A stretch of DNA of 64,000 nucleotides, from positions 156 to 64,155 of the forward strand of contig WHSS01000003.1 in the NCBI GenBank assembly GCA_009379975.1, given 5' to 3'. The position numbers and the translations under genes are program-made. The DNA comes from Actinophytocola sp. Lineage in GTDB: Bacteria; Actinomycetota; Actinomycetes; Mycobacteriales; Pseudonocardiaceae. Positions 29,201 to 37,593 of this stretch are shown in pieces; the first letter of the stretch is position 1, and each line of letters opens with the position of its first letter. The notes beneath the pieces were generated by a model. The model was not told where the DNA came from. It saw only the letters and a list, made by a program, of their open reading frames with translations, and ran no database searches.

Positions 29201-29395
29201 AGGGAACTCCGTAGAAATCGGGGTCGAGGGAAACGTCGCCGTCGCCCGCGCTGCGACCGGAGCACTCAGCTCCAGGAGCGGCGGGCATGACGAAGCTATT
29301 CCAACCGAACGACCATAGCCTTGAGTGTAGGGGTTCACGTCCAGCGGTTTTCAAGCACGTGTGCAGAGTCACGATGACGAGGCCCCAGCTTCGCT

Positions 29396-29495
29396 CGTGC
29401 GTGAAAGTCGTTGCCCCGGCACGCTTGATCACTCACGACCCGACCGGCTGGATCGTGAGTGATCAAACGTGCGGGAACACGGACTTTCACGCACG
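29396..29495. repeat. 100-bp imperfect palindrome (repeat family C, full copy) in the ABC-F leader
   Basis: Arms are CGTGCGTGAAAGTC...TTGATCACTCACGA and TCGTGAGTGATCAA...GACTTTCACGCACG. The core GATCACTCACGA-N14-TCGTGAGTGATC is perfect. The stop of the upstream CDS (29487-29489) lies in the right arm. Mirrored MIKRAG..TFTH peptides in the ORF track confirm the symmetry. Confidence 0.85.
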
Positions 29496-30161
29496 ACGAC
29501 TATGGCGGATCACGATCTCGACCGCGCGGGCCTGCACCGCCGCTTCGTCGAGCACCGAGCGCCGCGGCTCCCCCAGCTCGAGCAACCGGGGCTCCGCCCG
29601 CGCGAACAGCGGCCCCAGCTTGGCATCGGCGCGTAACTCGTCCACGGCCTTCCGATCGCCGCCGAGCACTACCGCGTCCAGCGTGGCCAGTTCGGGGACG
29701 AGCACCTCATACGCGTCCCGCGCCACCCGTTCCAGCGCCTCCCGCGCCTGCTTATCCCGTCGCCGGGCGAACCGGTGCTGTGACCAGCCACCGGCCGCGT
29801 TGCGCCCGTGCACCAAGTGCCGGTCCGTTCGCGAGATCACCACCCGGTCCCCCTCTGCGACGCCCATGCTGTGTGCGCCAAGCCGCACCAGCAACAGGCC
29901 GATCCGACGTGGCCGGGTGACGTGCTCGACCAGAGGCTCGATCGCCAGCGAGGCATGGTCTCCGGAAACGTCGAGCGGGCCGAACGGCACCGCGACGGTG
30001 GCGGTCGTGCCGTCACCGGCATGCACCACCACCTCGTCGGCGGCGAGCACGGTGCGAGCGACGCCGCCATTGCGCCGGGCGAAGCCCTCGAACCACCGCG
30101 TCAGGCGTTCGGGCGCGACCTCGACGGCACGGCCGCCACCGGCGACCTGGCGGACCCTCAT
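29487..30161 (-). CDS. probable acVLRF1-family (Vms1-like release factor) peptidyl-tRNA hydrolase
   Basis: 224 aa. HLVHGRNAAGGWSQHRFARRRDKQ matches my memory of the GG-x-SQ-x-RF-x-RR catalytic loop of actinobacterial VLRF1 proteins. The ATG at 30161 overlaps the upstream stop (ATGA at 30158-30161). Needs HMM confirmation. Confidence 0.55.
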   Translation of the reverse strand: MRVRQVAGGGRAVEVAPERLTRWFEGFARRNGGVARTVLAADEVVVHAGDGTTATVAVPFGPLDVSGDHASLAIEPLVEHVTRPRRIGLLLVRLGAHSMGVAEGDRVVISRTDRHLVHGRNAAGGWSQHRFARRRDKQAREALERVARDAYEVLVPELATLDAVVLGGDRKAVDELRADAKLGPLFARAEPRLLELGEPRRSVLDEAAVQARAVEIVIRHSRRA

Positions 30162-31780
30162 AGCACCAGGGAATCCGACCACGGCGCCGACGCGCGCCCG
30201 GAGAGCGCGTCGAGCAGGGTCAGCCCTTGTTTGTCGGTCAGCGATGCGACGAAGTCGACGATCGCGCGCCCCCGCACGAGCGACTGCACCCTCCCGGCCT
30301 CGATGCTGCCCCCGCCGGTCAGCAGCTCGGGACGCTGGGTGGCCAGCACCGAGTACTCGTGATCGGCCAGTTCGACGAGGTCATGCAACCTGCGGGGTAT
30401 CCGGGTCGCTTCCCGCCGGTCGCGCAGCCAGTCGTCGAGCTCGTCGACCAGCGTGGTGAGCATCGCGGCCTGCCCCCGCTGGTGCAACGCCAGGTCCGGC
30501 CTGAGCAGCACGAACCGCCGATGCACGAACTTGAGCACCTGGACCTCGTGCCACTGCTCCGCCCGCAAGGTGACATGACCCGAGCGCGTCGACGGCGAAG
30601 CCACCACCACGACGCCATCGACCAAGCGCGCGGTCCAGCGCGACGAAAACGCCGCGATCGCCTGCTCGGACTCGACGGATCCGTCGAACACCGACGCCAG
30701 CAAGCCGTCGACCAGCTCAGCCTGCACCCGCGTCACCGCCGAGACGAACACCTCGTCGTCGACCAGCGCCGCGTCCTTCTCGTGCATCCGGCGGCGGAGT
30801 CGCTCCAGTGAGTAACCCGGAGTATGGCTGTGCGTGCGCAGCATCGACTCGTCCAGTTCGGACAGTTCATGCGTGTTGCGCAGCCACCGGCCGAGTTCGG
30901 CGGCGACCGAGGCGTGCTGCAACACCCCGATCCGGTGGAAGTCCTGCAGGTCGTGAATGGCGTAGGCGATGTCGTCGGCAGTGTCCATTACGGACGCCTC
31001 CACTGTCTGCTGCCACGAGTCGATCTTGCCCGCGAACGGTTCGCGTGCCTGCTCGAGGTCGTCGAGCTCGGTGACGTAGGCCGAGAACTTGCTCGACCCG
31101 GTCCCCAGCGCGTCCGCCGGCTCCGCCGCGCCCCTCGGCGGCACCGCCATCCGCGCGGGATGCGGCCTGGGGTGATACACCCGCGTCCACGGGTACTTCA
31201 GCACGGCGGCCCGTACCGCGGCCGTCAGGTCGAGTCCGACACCGGATGGCCCTCGCACGTCGGTCGTCGTGAGGATGCGAAAGGTCTGGGCATTGCCCTC
31301 GAACCCATCCGCGAGACCGAACTTCTCGCGGGCGATCCGGTCGAGCACCTGTTCGCCGAGATGACCGAACGGCGGATGGCCTAGATCGTGCGCCAGCGCC
31401 GCCGCTTCGGCCACATCCGGATCGCACCCGCCGAGCTTGTCGGCGAGCACGGCGTACTCGGCGGACCCGATGACCCGCTCAGCGAGCGTCCTGGCCACCT
31501 GCGCGACCTTCAGGCTGTGGGTGAGCCGGTTGTGCAGCAGGCCGGCATCGGTGGCCGTGACGACCTGAGTGACACCGCCGAGCCGGGCGAAGAACGGCGA
31601 CGCCGCGATCCGGTCACGATCGAGGCGAAACTCGCCCGCGAGACTCCCCGCGGCTGACACTGGGCCATCACGCCTGCGCCCACGGTGATCATCAACATCG
31701 CTCACGTTTACACCGTAGTCCCCGGCTGCCGTCACCCCGCGCGAGCAATCGGTTTCACGCTGTTCAACCGGCCTTCTCAC
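30158..31780 (-). CDS. dGTPase-like dNTP triphosphohydrolase family protein (HD domain)
   Basis: RLTHSLKVAQVART, AALAHDLGHPPFGH, FEGNAQTFR, DTADDIAYAIHDLQDF. The start is uncertain (GTG at 31780 or GTG at 31705). Confidence 0.8.
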   Translation of the reverse strand: MRRPVEQRETDCSRGVTAAGDYGVNVSDVDDHRGRRRDGPVSAAGSLAGEFRLDRDRIAASPFFARLGGVTQVVTATDAGLLHNRLTHSLKVAQVARTLAERVIGSAEYAVLADKLGGCDPDVAEAAALAHDLGHPPFGHLGEQVLDRIAREKFGLADGFEGNAQTFRILTTTDVRGPSGVGLDLTAAVRAAVLKYPWTRVYHPRPHPARMAVPPRGAAEPADALGTGSSKFSAYVTELDDLEQAREPFAGKIDSWQQTVEASVMDTADDIAYAIHDLQDFHRIGVLQHASVAAELGRWLRNTHELSELDESMLRTHSHTPGYSLERLRRRMHEKDAALVDDEVFVSAVTRVQAELVDGLLASVFDGSVESEQAIAAFSSRWTARLVDGVVVVASPSTRSGHVTLRAEQWHEVQVLKFVHRRFVLLRPDLALHQRGQAAMLTTLVDELDDWLRDRREATRIPRRLHDLVELADHEYSVLATQRPELLTGGGSIEAGRVQSLVRGRAIVDFVASLTDKQGLTLLDALSGRASAPWSDSLVL

Positions 31781-31884
31781 TCCGTGGACGACGTTGCTCC
31801 ATTCAGGGTAAACCGGGGTCGTGCCAAGTAAACACTGGTCGACATTACTGCTTTTCAGCGGACTGATCGGGCACCATCGAGGTC

Positions 31885-33585
31885 GTGGCTGATTACTCCA
31901 ATGAGGTGCGTTTCGCGCTCCAGCCGCTCTACAGCTTGCACACCGGAGACGCGATCGCGGTCGAAGCTCTCGTGCGCCCGGTGGGCTGCACGACGCGGCA
32001 ACTCATGGGCCGCGCCCGCAAGGCGCGCCGGCTTGTCGAGGTCGACGTCGACCTCGCCGCTCGCGCGATCGCGAGTGAGTCGGAGAACCCGACGCTGCTC
32101 CCCCTGCACATCAATCTGCTCGCGCTCTCAGCCGCGGCACCGCCCGAGTCGCTGGCACCGATCCTCGACACGCTGTCCCGGGTCGGCAGGCGGACGCGGC
32201 AGATCGTCATAGAACTCGGCCCGCCTTACACCGACGCCGCCCCGAAGGAAATCGTCGAAGGCGTCGCGCGCCTGCGAGAGCTCGGCTTCCAGGTCGCGTT
32301 CGACGGGCTGGGCTCGGGCGATTTGCCCCTGAGCCTGCTCGCCGCCACACCCGTGGACATGCTCAAGCTCGACCGGTCGGTGCTGCGCATGCTGCCTGGC
32401 AACCCCGCGGCCGAGTCGTTGGTCAACGCCCTGCTGCACGTCGCCGCCCGCACCGATGCCCGCGTGGTGGCGACGGGCATCGACACCGAAGAGGTGTTCA
32501 AGTCCACCCGCGAACTCGGCTTGCGGCTCGTGCAGGGCGATCTCTTCCCGGCCACTCACCTCAGCGGCCTCGCGGCGCCCGCCATACCGAGCATCGGAAC
32601 CTTTGACCCCGTGACGTCCGGCCAGCAGGTCGAGCCGGCGGCACTGTCCAACATCGCGGCGCCGACCATCGCCGACTTCATCCGGCAGCCCGTCGTGATG
32701 CGCGCCGATGCGACCTGCGACGACGCCCGGCACGCGCTGGCCGACGACGGCAAACCCTCCGCGCTGGTCGGCCTCGACCCCGAGGGCCGCCCGCGCTGGA
32801 CCATCGACAAGAGCCGGTTCCTGCTCGGCATCTCCGGCCGCTACGGCCACGCCCTGCACGCGAACAAGCCGGTGGAACGCTTCGCCGACGCGCCACACAC
32901 CATCCCTGCCTACGCCGGCGCCCTCGACCTATTGGAGCAGGTCGCCGACGCCGACGCCGACCGGATGAACGACGACATCGTCGTGATCGACCGGACGGGC
33001 GCCTGCCTGGGCATCGTACGCGTCGCCGAGGTCATCCGCGGCGTCGCGGCGGCCAAGATCGACGAGGCCGCGTCGCTCAACCCGCTCACCGGGCTGCCCA
33101 CCAGCGACACCATCGCCAAGGACGTCGAACACCGGATCGCCGCCGGTGAGCCGTTCATCGCCGCCTGCCTCGACGTCGACGAGTTCAAGAGCGTCAACGA
33201 ACGCGTCGGTTTCGCGGCGGGCGACGATCTCATTCGATCGCTGGGCCGCACGCTGACCGAACTCGGCGGGACGCTGCCCCGGATGACGGTGAGCCACGTC
33301 GGCGGTGACGACTTCCTCATCGCCGCCGATATGGACGAGATCGGCACGCTGGCGCCGGTGCTCCTCGATACCCCGTGGCAGACCGAGGGCGTCACGGTGA
33401 GCGTCTCGCTGGCCGGGCTGGTGTGCGCGCCCGGCACCGTCGCGTCCTACCGGGAGGTTTCGAGTCTGCTGGCGGGCTTGAAGCAGCGCGCGAAGGCCAT
33501 CAGCGGCACGAGCTGGGTGCTCGGCAGGCCCGGCGTGGAGAGGGTGGACGTCCTGCGCGGCAGGCTCGCCCAAGGGGCCGCCTAG
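31885..33585 (+). CDS. EAL - CBS-pair - GGDEF signalling protein
   Basis: N-terminal EAL domain (LQPLYSL..AVEALVR). A middle region is CBS-like. The C-terminal GGDEF domain reads GGDDF (SHVGGDDFLIAAD). GTG start. Confidence 0.75.
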   Translation: MADYSNEVRFALQPLYSLHTGDAIAVEALVRPVGCTTRQLMGRARKARRLVEVDVDLAARAIASESENPTLLPLHINLLALSAAAPPESLAPILDTLSRVGRRTRQIVIELGPPYTDAAPKEIVEGVARLRELGFQVAFDGLGSGDLPLSLLAATPVDMLKLDRSVLRMLPGNPAAESLVNALLHVAARTDARVVATGIDTEEVFKSTRELGLRLVQGDLFPATHLSGLAAPAIPSIGTFDPVTSGQQVEPAALSNIAAPTIADFIRQPVVMRADATCDDARHALADDGKPSALVGLDPEGRPRWTIDKSRFLLGISGRYGHALHANKPVERFADAPHTIPAYAGALDLLEQVADADADRMNDDIVVIDRTGACLGIVRVAEVIRGVAAAKIDEAASLNPLTGLPTSDTIAKDVEHRIAAGEPFIAACLDVDEFKSVNERVGFAAGDDLIRSLGRTLTELGGTLPRMTVSHVGGDDFLIAADMDEIGTLAPVLLDTPWQTEGVTVSVSLAGLVCAPGTVASYREVSSLLAGLKQRAKAISGTSWVLGRPGVERVDVLRGRLAQGAA

Positions 33586-33590
33586 TAACC

Positions 33591-33677
33591 GCGCGTTGAA
33601 AGACGCCTTCAGTCCACCCAGCGGAGCGAAAGACGCTTTCAGTCCGTCCAACGAACTGAAAGCGTCTTTCAGCTCGC
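33591..33677. repeat. palindromic intergenic repeat, family A, copy 3 (inverted relative to copies 2 and 4)
   Basis: GCGCGTTGAAAGACGCCTTCAGTCCACCCAGCGGAGCGAAAGACGCTTTCAGTCCGTCCAACGAACTGAAAGCGTCTTTCAGCTCGCG. The stop of the M48 gene (33669-33671) lies inside the right arm. Confidence 0.9.
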
Positions 33678-35618
33678 GCTTACCGGGACGCTCAGGGGCG
33701 GCATCGGGCTGTGCAGCAGCGCGCAGACGGTGCGCAGCAACTCGATCTCGGCGATGGTCATCACGCCGTCGTGGCTGATCACCGCCACCAGGCTCTCGAT
33801 CAGCTGCGACTTCTCGCGGCCCTCGAGACCGTCGAGCACGGGCCACACCTGATCCAGCGTGACCAAGCCCTGCTCCGGCGGCACGAACGGAATCACGGCA
33901 TTCGGCAGCACCCTGGCCAGCCCGGCGCGGAAGGCCGCTTCGCCCTGGCGCGGGTCGTCGTTGCCGATCCGCGCCAGCACGGCGAGCAGGTTGGCAACGG
34001 GCGCCCAGCTCTTGACGAGGGTATGACGACGCTGACCCCATGGCGGCTTGTGGTGCATGACCTCGTGCAACTCGGTGTGCAGCAACGTCGACAGGCAGTA
34101 CTCGAACACGTCGATCACGCCGTCGGCCCTGATCAGCTCGCCGAGGCTCTCCATGATCTCCTGCAGTTCGGCCGCGTCACGATGACGCAGCGCGGAGAAC
34201 GCCACCTCGGACAACGGCAGGCGGAGTGCCGGATCGAGCCGCCGCAGCGCCGCGCCCTCCCGCAGCGCCGCATCCGCCAGCGGCTGCCCGTGACGCCGGG
34301 CCAATGCCGCGTACTGGTGCGACCGCGCCTGCTCGTGCTCGGCCAGCAACAACCCGAACACCAGCGGGACCACGGTGTCGCCGCGGCGCGCGCGGTCCTT
34401 GAACTCCTCGGGGATCCGGCGCAGGATGCTCTCGCCCTGCTCGTACGAGGAGGCCGACGGATCACCGACGCCCGCGACAACCGCCTCGGGACGAACTGTT
34501 ATCCCCGGTGGTGGCGGCCCGGGGACGGGGGCGCCTTGCGGCGGTGCGGCAGGTGGCCGCGGCCCGCGCGCCTCGCTCACCCCGGAGGTCAGGCCGAGCG
34601 CGGCGTCTTCCTGCAAGCCCGACGGCGGCGTCGATGCCCACTGCTGGCTGAGCCGCTCGATCTCGTCGGGGTCGAAGCGCGGATCCAGTTGCTGGATGCG
34701 CTTGGGCAGCGGCGGGTGGGTGGCGAACATCGAGGAGAACCGCATGCCCTCACCGAAGAGCATGTGGCTGACGTCTTCGGTCTTGCCCGCGGCCAGCTTC
34801 GAGCCTTCCGACAGCCCGCCGATCTTCTTCAGCGCACCGGCGATGCCTTCGGTCTGCCGGGTGAACTGCACCGCGGAGGCGTCCGCCAGGTACTCGCGCT
34901 GCCGCGACACGGCGGCCTTGATGAGCCGCCCGCAGAACACCCCGATGTAGCCTGCCACGATCGCGAACAGCCCGATGACCACCAGCGGGGCGCCATTACG
35001 GCCGCGGCCACTGTGCAGCAGGATCCGGCCGACCACGGCGAGCGCCAAGATGCCGAACAGCACGCCCATCAGGCGCACGTTCAGCCGCATGTCGCCGTTG
35101 ACGACGTGGCTGAACTCGTGCGCGATCACACCCTGCAGTTCGTCGCGGTTCAGGCGCTCGAGCGTCCCTCGCGTCACCGCGACGGCGGCGTCCGCCGGCG
35201 ACCACCCAGCGGCGAAGGCGTTGATGCCGTGCTCTTGCGGCAGTACGTAAAGCTCCGGCACCGGCGTGCCCGACGCGATCGCGATCTCCTCGACCACGTT
35301 GCGCAGCCGGCGCAGCTGCGGGTCGGTGGTGTCCTCGGGGACGTAGACTCCGCCGAGCGACCTCGCGACCTTGCCGCCTCCGCCGTTGCGCAGGCTCGCC
35401 ATCCGCACCAACGAGGTCAGCACGATGATCGCGAGCGTCGCCAGCGTGATCGTCACCAGCGTGTTCACCACCGAACTCGTCGGCTGGGTATACAGCTTGA
35501 AGCCGATGAAGGCCGCTAGATCGACCACGGCCACGATGCCGATGACGGCGATGATGAAGAGGACTACAAGGCGCTTGGAAACCTTGCGGACCTCCATTTG
35601 ACGCTCGAAGAAGTTCAT
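33669..35618 (-). CDS. M48-family zinc metalloprotease with a long C-terminal extension (TerB-like end)
   Basis: Two N-terminal TM helices, HExxH (VIAHEFSHVVNGD), a Pro-rich linker, and a ~270-aa C-terminal domain ending VAVISHDGVMTIAEIELLRTVCALL. Confidence 0.8.
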   Translation of the reverse strand: MNFFERQMEVRKVSKRLVVLFIIAVIGIVAVVDLAAFIGFKLYTQPTSSVVNTLVTITLATLAIIVLTSLVRMASLRNGGGGKVARSLGGVYVPEDTTDPQLRRLRNVVEEIAIASGTPVPELYVLPQEHGINAFAAGWSPADAAVAVTRGTLERLNRDELQGVIAHEFSHVVNGDMRLNVRLMGVLFGILALAVVGRILLHSGRGRNGAPLVVIGLFAIVAGYIGVFCGRLIKAAVSRQREYLADASAVQFTRQTEGIAGALKKIGGLSEGSKLAAGKTEDVSHMLFGEGMRFSSMFATHPPLPKRIQQLDPRFDPDEIERLSQQWASTPPSGLQEDAALGLTSGVSEARGPRPPAAPPQGAPVPGPPPPGITVRPEAVVAGVGDPSASSYEQGESILRRIPEEFKDRARRGDTVVPLVFGLLLAEHEQARSHQYAALARRHGQPLADAALREGAALRRLDPALRLPLSEVAFSALRHRDAAELQEIMESLGELIRADGVIDVFEYCLSTLLHTELHEVMHHKPPWGQRRHTLVKSWAPVANLLAVLARIGNDDPRQGEAAFRAGLARVLPNAVIPFVPPEQGLVTLDQVWPVLDGLEGREKSQLIESLVAVISHDGVMTIAEIELLRTVCALLHSPMPPLSVPVSAS

Positions 35619-35661
35619 AGACCTATTTCCACGGGCGAGAACGGTGGGAGGAGGGTGTCAC

Positions 35662-36261
35662 TCAGAACGAGATCTCCGGGGCCTTGCGCATTTCGGGGCG
35701 CTCGACCTCGAGCAGCGCGGCCTCCTTGAATCCGAACATCCCGGCGAAGAGTTTGGCCGGGAAGACCTCGCGCTTGTTGTTGTAGGCCATCACCGAGTCG
35801 TTGTAGGCCTGGCGGGAGAACGCGACACGGTTCTCGGTCGAAGTCAGCTCTTCGGAGAGCTGCATCATGTTCTGATTCGCCTTGAGGTCCGGGTACGCCT
35901 CCGACAGCGCGAACAGCCTGCCCAGGGTCTGATCCAGCATGTTCTCCTGCTGGCCCAGCTGCTGCATCGCGGCCGGGTCGCCGGGGTTCTGCCTGGCGGT
36001 CTGCTGCGCGTTGACGGCGCCGGAACGGGCCGCGATCACGGCTTCGAGCGTCTCCCGCTCGTGCTTGATGTAGCCCTTGGCGGTCTCGACCAGGTTAGGG
36101 ATCAGGTCGTGCCGGCGGGTCAGCTGCACGTCGATCTGCGCGAAGGCGTTCTTATAGCCGTTGCGGCGCTTGACGAGCCCGTTGTAGATCGAGATGGCGA
36201 AGATCGCCAGCAGCACGATCACCCCGACGACCACAAGGGTGATGATCAATCCGGTACCCAC
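35662..36261 (-). CDS. LemA family protein
   Basis: N-terminal TM helix followed by YNGLVKRRNGYKNAFAQIDVQLTRRHDLIPNLVETAKGY..E..TLE, a typical LemA sequence. Confidence 0.85.
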   Translation of the reverse strand: MGTGLIITLVVVGVIVLLAIFAISIYNGLVKRRNGYKNAFAQIDVQLTRRHDLIPNLVETAKGYIKHERETLEAVIAARSGAVNAQQTARQNPGDPAAMQQLGQQENMLDQTLGRLFALSEAYPDLKANQNMMQLSEELTSTENRVAFSRQAYNDSVMAYNNKREVFPAKLFAGMFGFKEAALLEVERPEMRKAPEISF

Positions 36262-36404
36262 GTGGGTCCCTCCTCAAAATGTGGCGTCGACCGGCACAGT
36301 CAATGCCCGGCCTAGTTGACGCCAGCATACTCAGAGTCACCCGGCCCGCGTGGCGAAACCGCCAAGCCGGTGAACCTGCGGCCTTATGCGCAAGCCGGGC
36401 TCAC

Positions 36405-37499
36405 CTATTCGTCATCAGGAGCTCTATCCCTGGCAATCGTGTCTTCGCTCGGGTGCGGCTCAGCTTCCGTCAACTTCCGCTCCAGCCGCGCCTGCGTCTC
36501 CGCCAGTTCAGCGCGGGCCGCGGCGATCTGCGTTTCCAGGCTCTCGTTGCGCGACTCGGCCACCCGTCGTTTCGTACGTTCTTCGCCGATAAGGGCTACC
36601 GCCTCCTCCCGTTCCGCGCGCTGGCGTGCGGCTTCCGCGGCGGCCCCCGCGGCGTCTTCGCGTGCCCGCTGCGTTTCGTGGCGCGCGTATTCGACGGAGC
36701 GTTCGGCGGTGGTCAGTTGTGCGCGTGATGCGGTCAGCCGTTCGTCGAGTACGGCAATCTCGGTTGACCGTTCTCGCAGCTCCGCACGCGTCTGTTCCAG
36801 TTCGGCGGTCAATGTCTGGCGCGCAGTGCGTAGATCATCGAGTTGCTCTTGTGCGACGCGCATCGACGCGATGAGCTCATTCCGTGCGTTCTCCGCGGCA
36901 GTACGCGCCGCTTCCGCCGCTCCTGTCGCGCGCTCGTGTTCTGCGACCTTGGCCCACGCGTTACGGGTGATCTGCTCGACCTCAGCGGCCATGCGTTCGG
37001 CCGCCTTCTCGGCCTCAGCCCTGGCCTGCCGGTCCTCACGTGCCTGCACCAGCGCCTTATCGCGGGCGCGTTCGCTCCGTTCGGTCCTGCGCATGGCCTC
37101 ATCGGCCTCGGTACGAGCCTCGATCGCTTCCTCTTCCGCACGACGCAGCTGTGCCAGTGCGCCCTCTTCCGCCCGGCCGAGCAGTTCCCGGAGCTCGCCG
37201 ATGGTGTCGGCCAACGGCCGGGTCGCGGCGTCAAGCCCCTCGCTCGCACGGCCCAGTTCGATCAGCGGGTCGATGACCGCGGCGGTCTGTGCGGCTCGCC
37301 GAGCGCGCGACGCCGCATCGGCGTGCGCCTTACCGCAATAGGAGGACGGCCGGCCACCCTTGCGCCTGCCATGAGCGTCGACCGGCCGAGCAGGCAGCGG
37401 GTTCTCACAGCCGTCCAGCGCGCAGATCTGCCCCTCGTCGTTCTCGTCCTCGACCGTCTCGTCTGCCGCGTTTTCGCCCGCCACCAGCTCCGTTGTCAT
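36405..37499 (-). CDS. hypothetical coiled-coil protein with an N-terminal Cys/His motif
   Basis: MTTELVAGENAADETVEDENDEGQICALDGCENPL...GGRPSSYCGKAHADAASRARR, followed by ~270 aa of Ala/Glu/Arg-rich heptad-like sequence. The ATG at 37499 is chosen; the track ORF extends to 37694. Confidence 0.6.
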   Translation of the reverse strand: MTTELVAGENAADETVEDENDEGQICALDGCENPLPARPVDAHGRRKGGRPSSYCGKAHADAASRARRAAQTAAVIDPLIELGRASEGLDAATRPLADTIGELRELLGRAEEGALAQLRRAEEEAIEARTEADEAMRRTERSERARDKALVQAREDRQARAEAEKAAERMAAEVEQITRNAWAKVAEHERATGAAEAARTAAENARNELIASMRVAQEQLDDLRTARQTLTAELEQTRAELRERSTEIAVLDERLTASRAQLTTAERSVEYARHETQRAREDAAGAAAEAARQRAEREEAVALIGEERTKRRVAESRNESLETQIAAARAELAETQARLERKLTEAEPHPSEDTIARDRAPDDE

Positions 37500-37593
37500 G
37501 GGTTCAGTTTCGCGTCGCCTCCGCGCGTTTTCGTTTAGCGACACGCCAAACTGCTCAATACTGATGAGATATCTACCGGTGATAATGCCCCTT

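Noticed and set aside
29201-29338. Leader peptide or N-terminal extension (MNPYTQGYGRSVG...) upstream of the ABC-F ATPase domain.
   Set aside because: Codon usage is atypical for this genome (act, caa, tat, ggt, cgt, gtt, gga, ata, gct, tca). The first ABC cassette begins right after the GTG at 29200.
30158-31780. The dGTPase-like gene as a stand-alone anti-phage nucleotide-depletion system.
   Set aside because: It is embedded in conserved-looking housekeeping context and translationally coupled to the VLRF1-like gene. It has no neighbouring defence or mobile genes. Family membership alone is insufficient, so it is kept only as a remark within the module finding.
36262-36404. A tRNA gene or att site next to the integrase block. 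I also checked 38740-38779 and 39783-39907.
   Set aside because: I recognised no cloverleaf-compatible sequence or T-loop (GTTCGAATC-like) motif. Only short 5-bp inverted pairs are present, and I could not find convincing direct repeats by eye. A computational repeat search is still needed.
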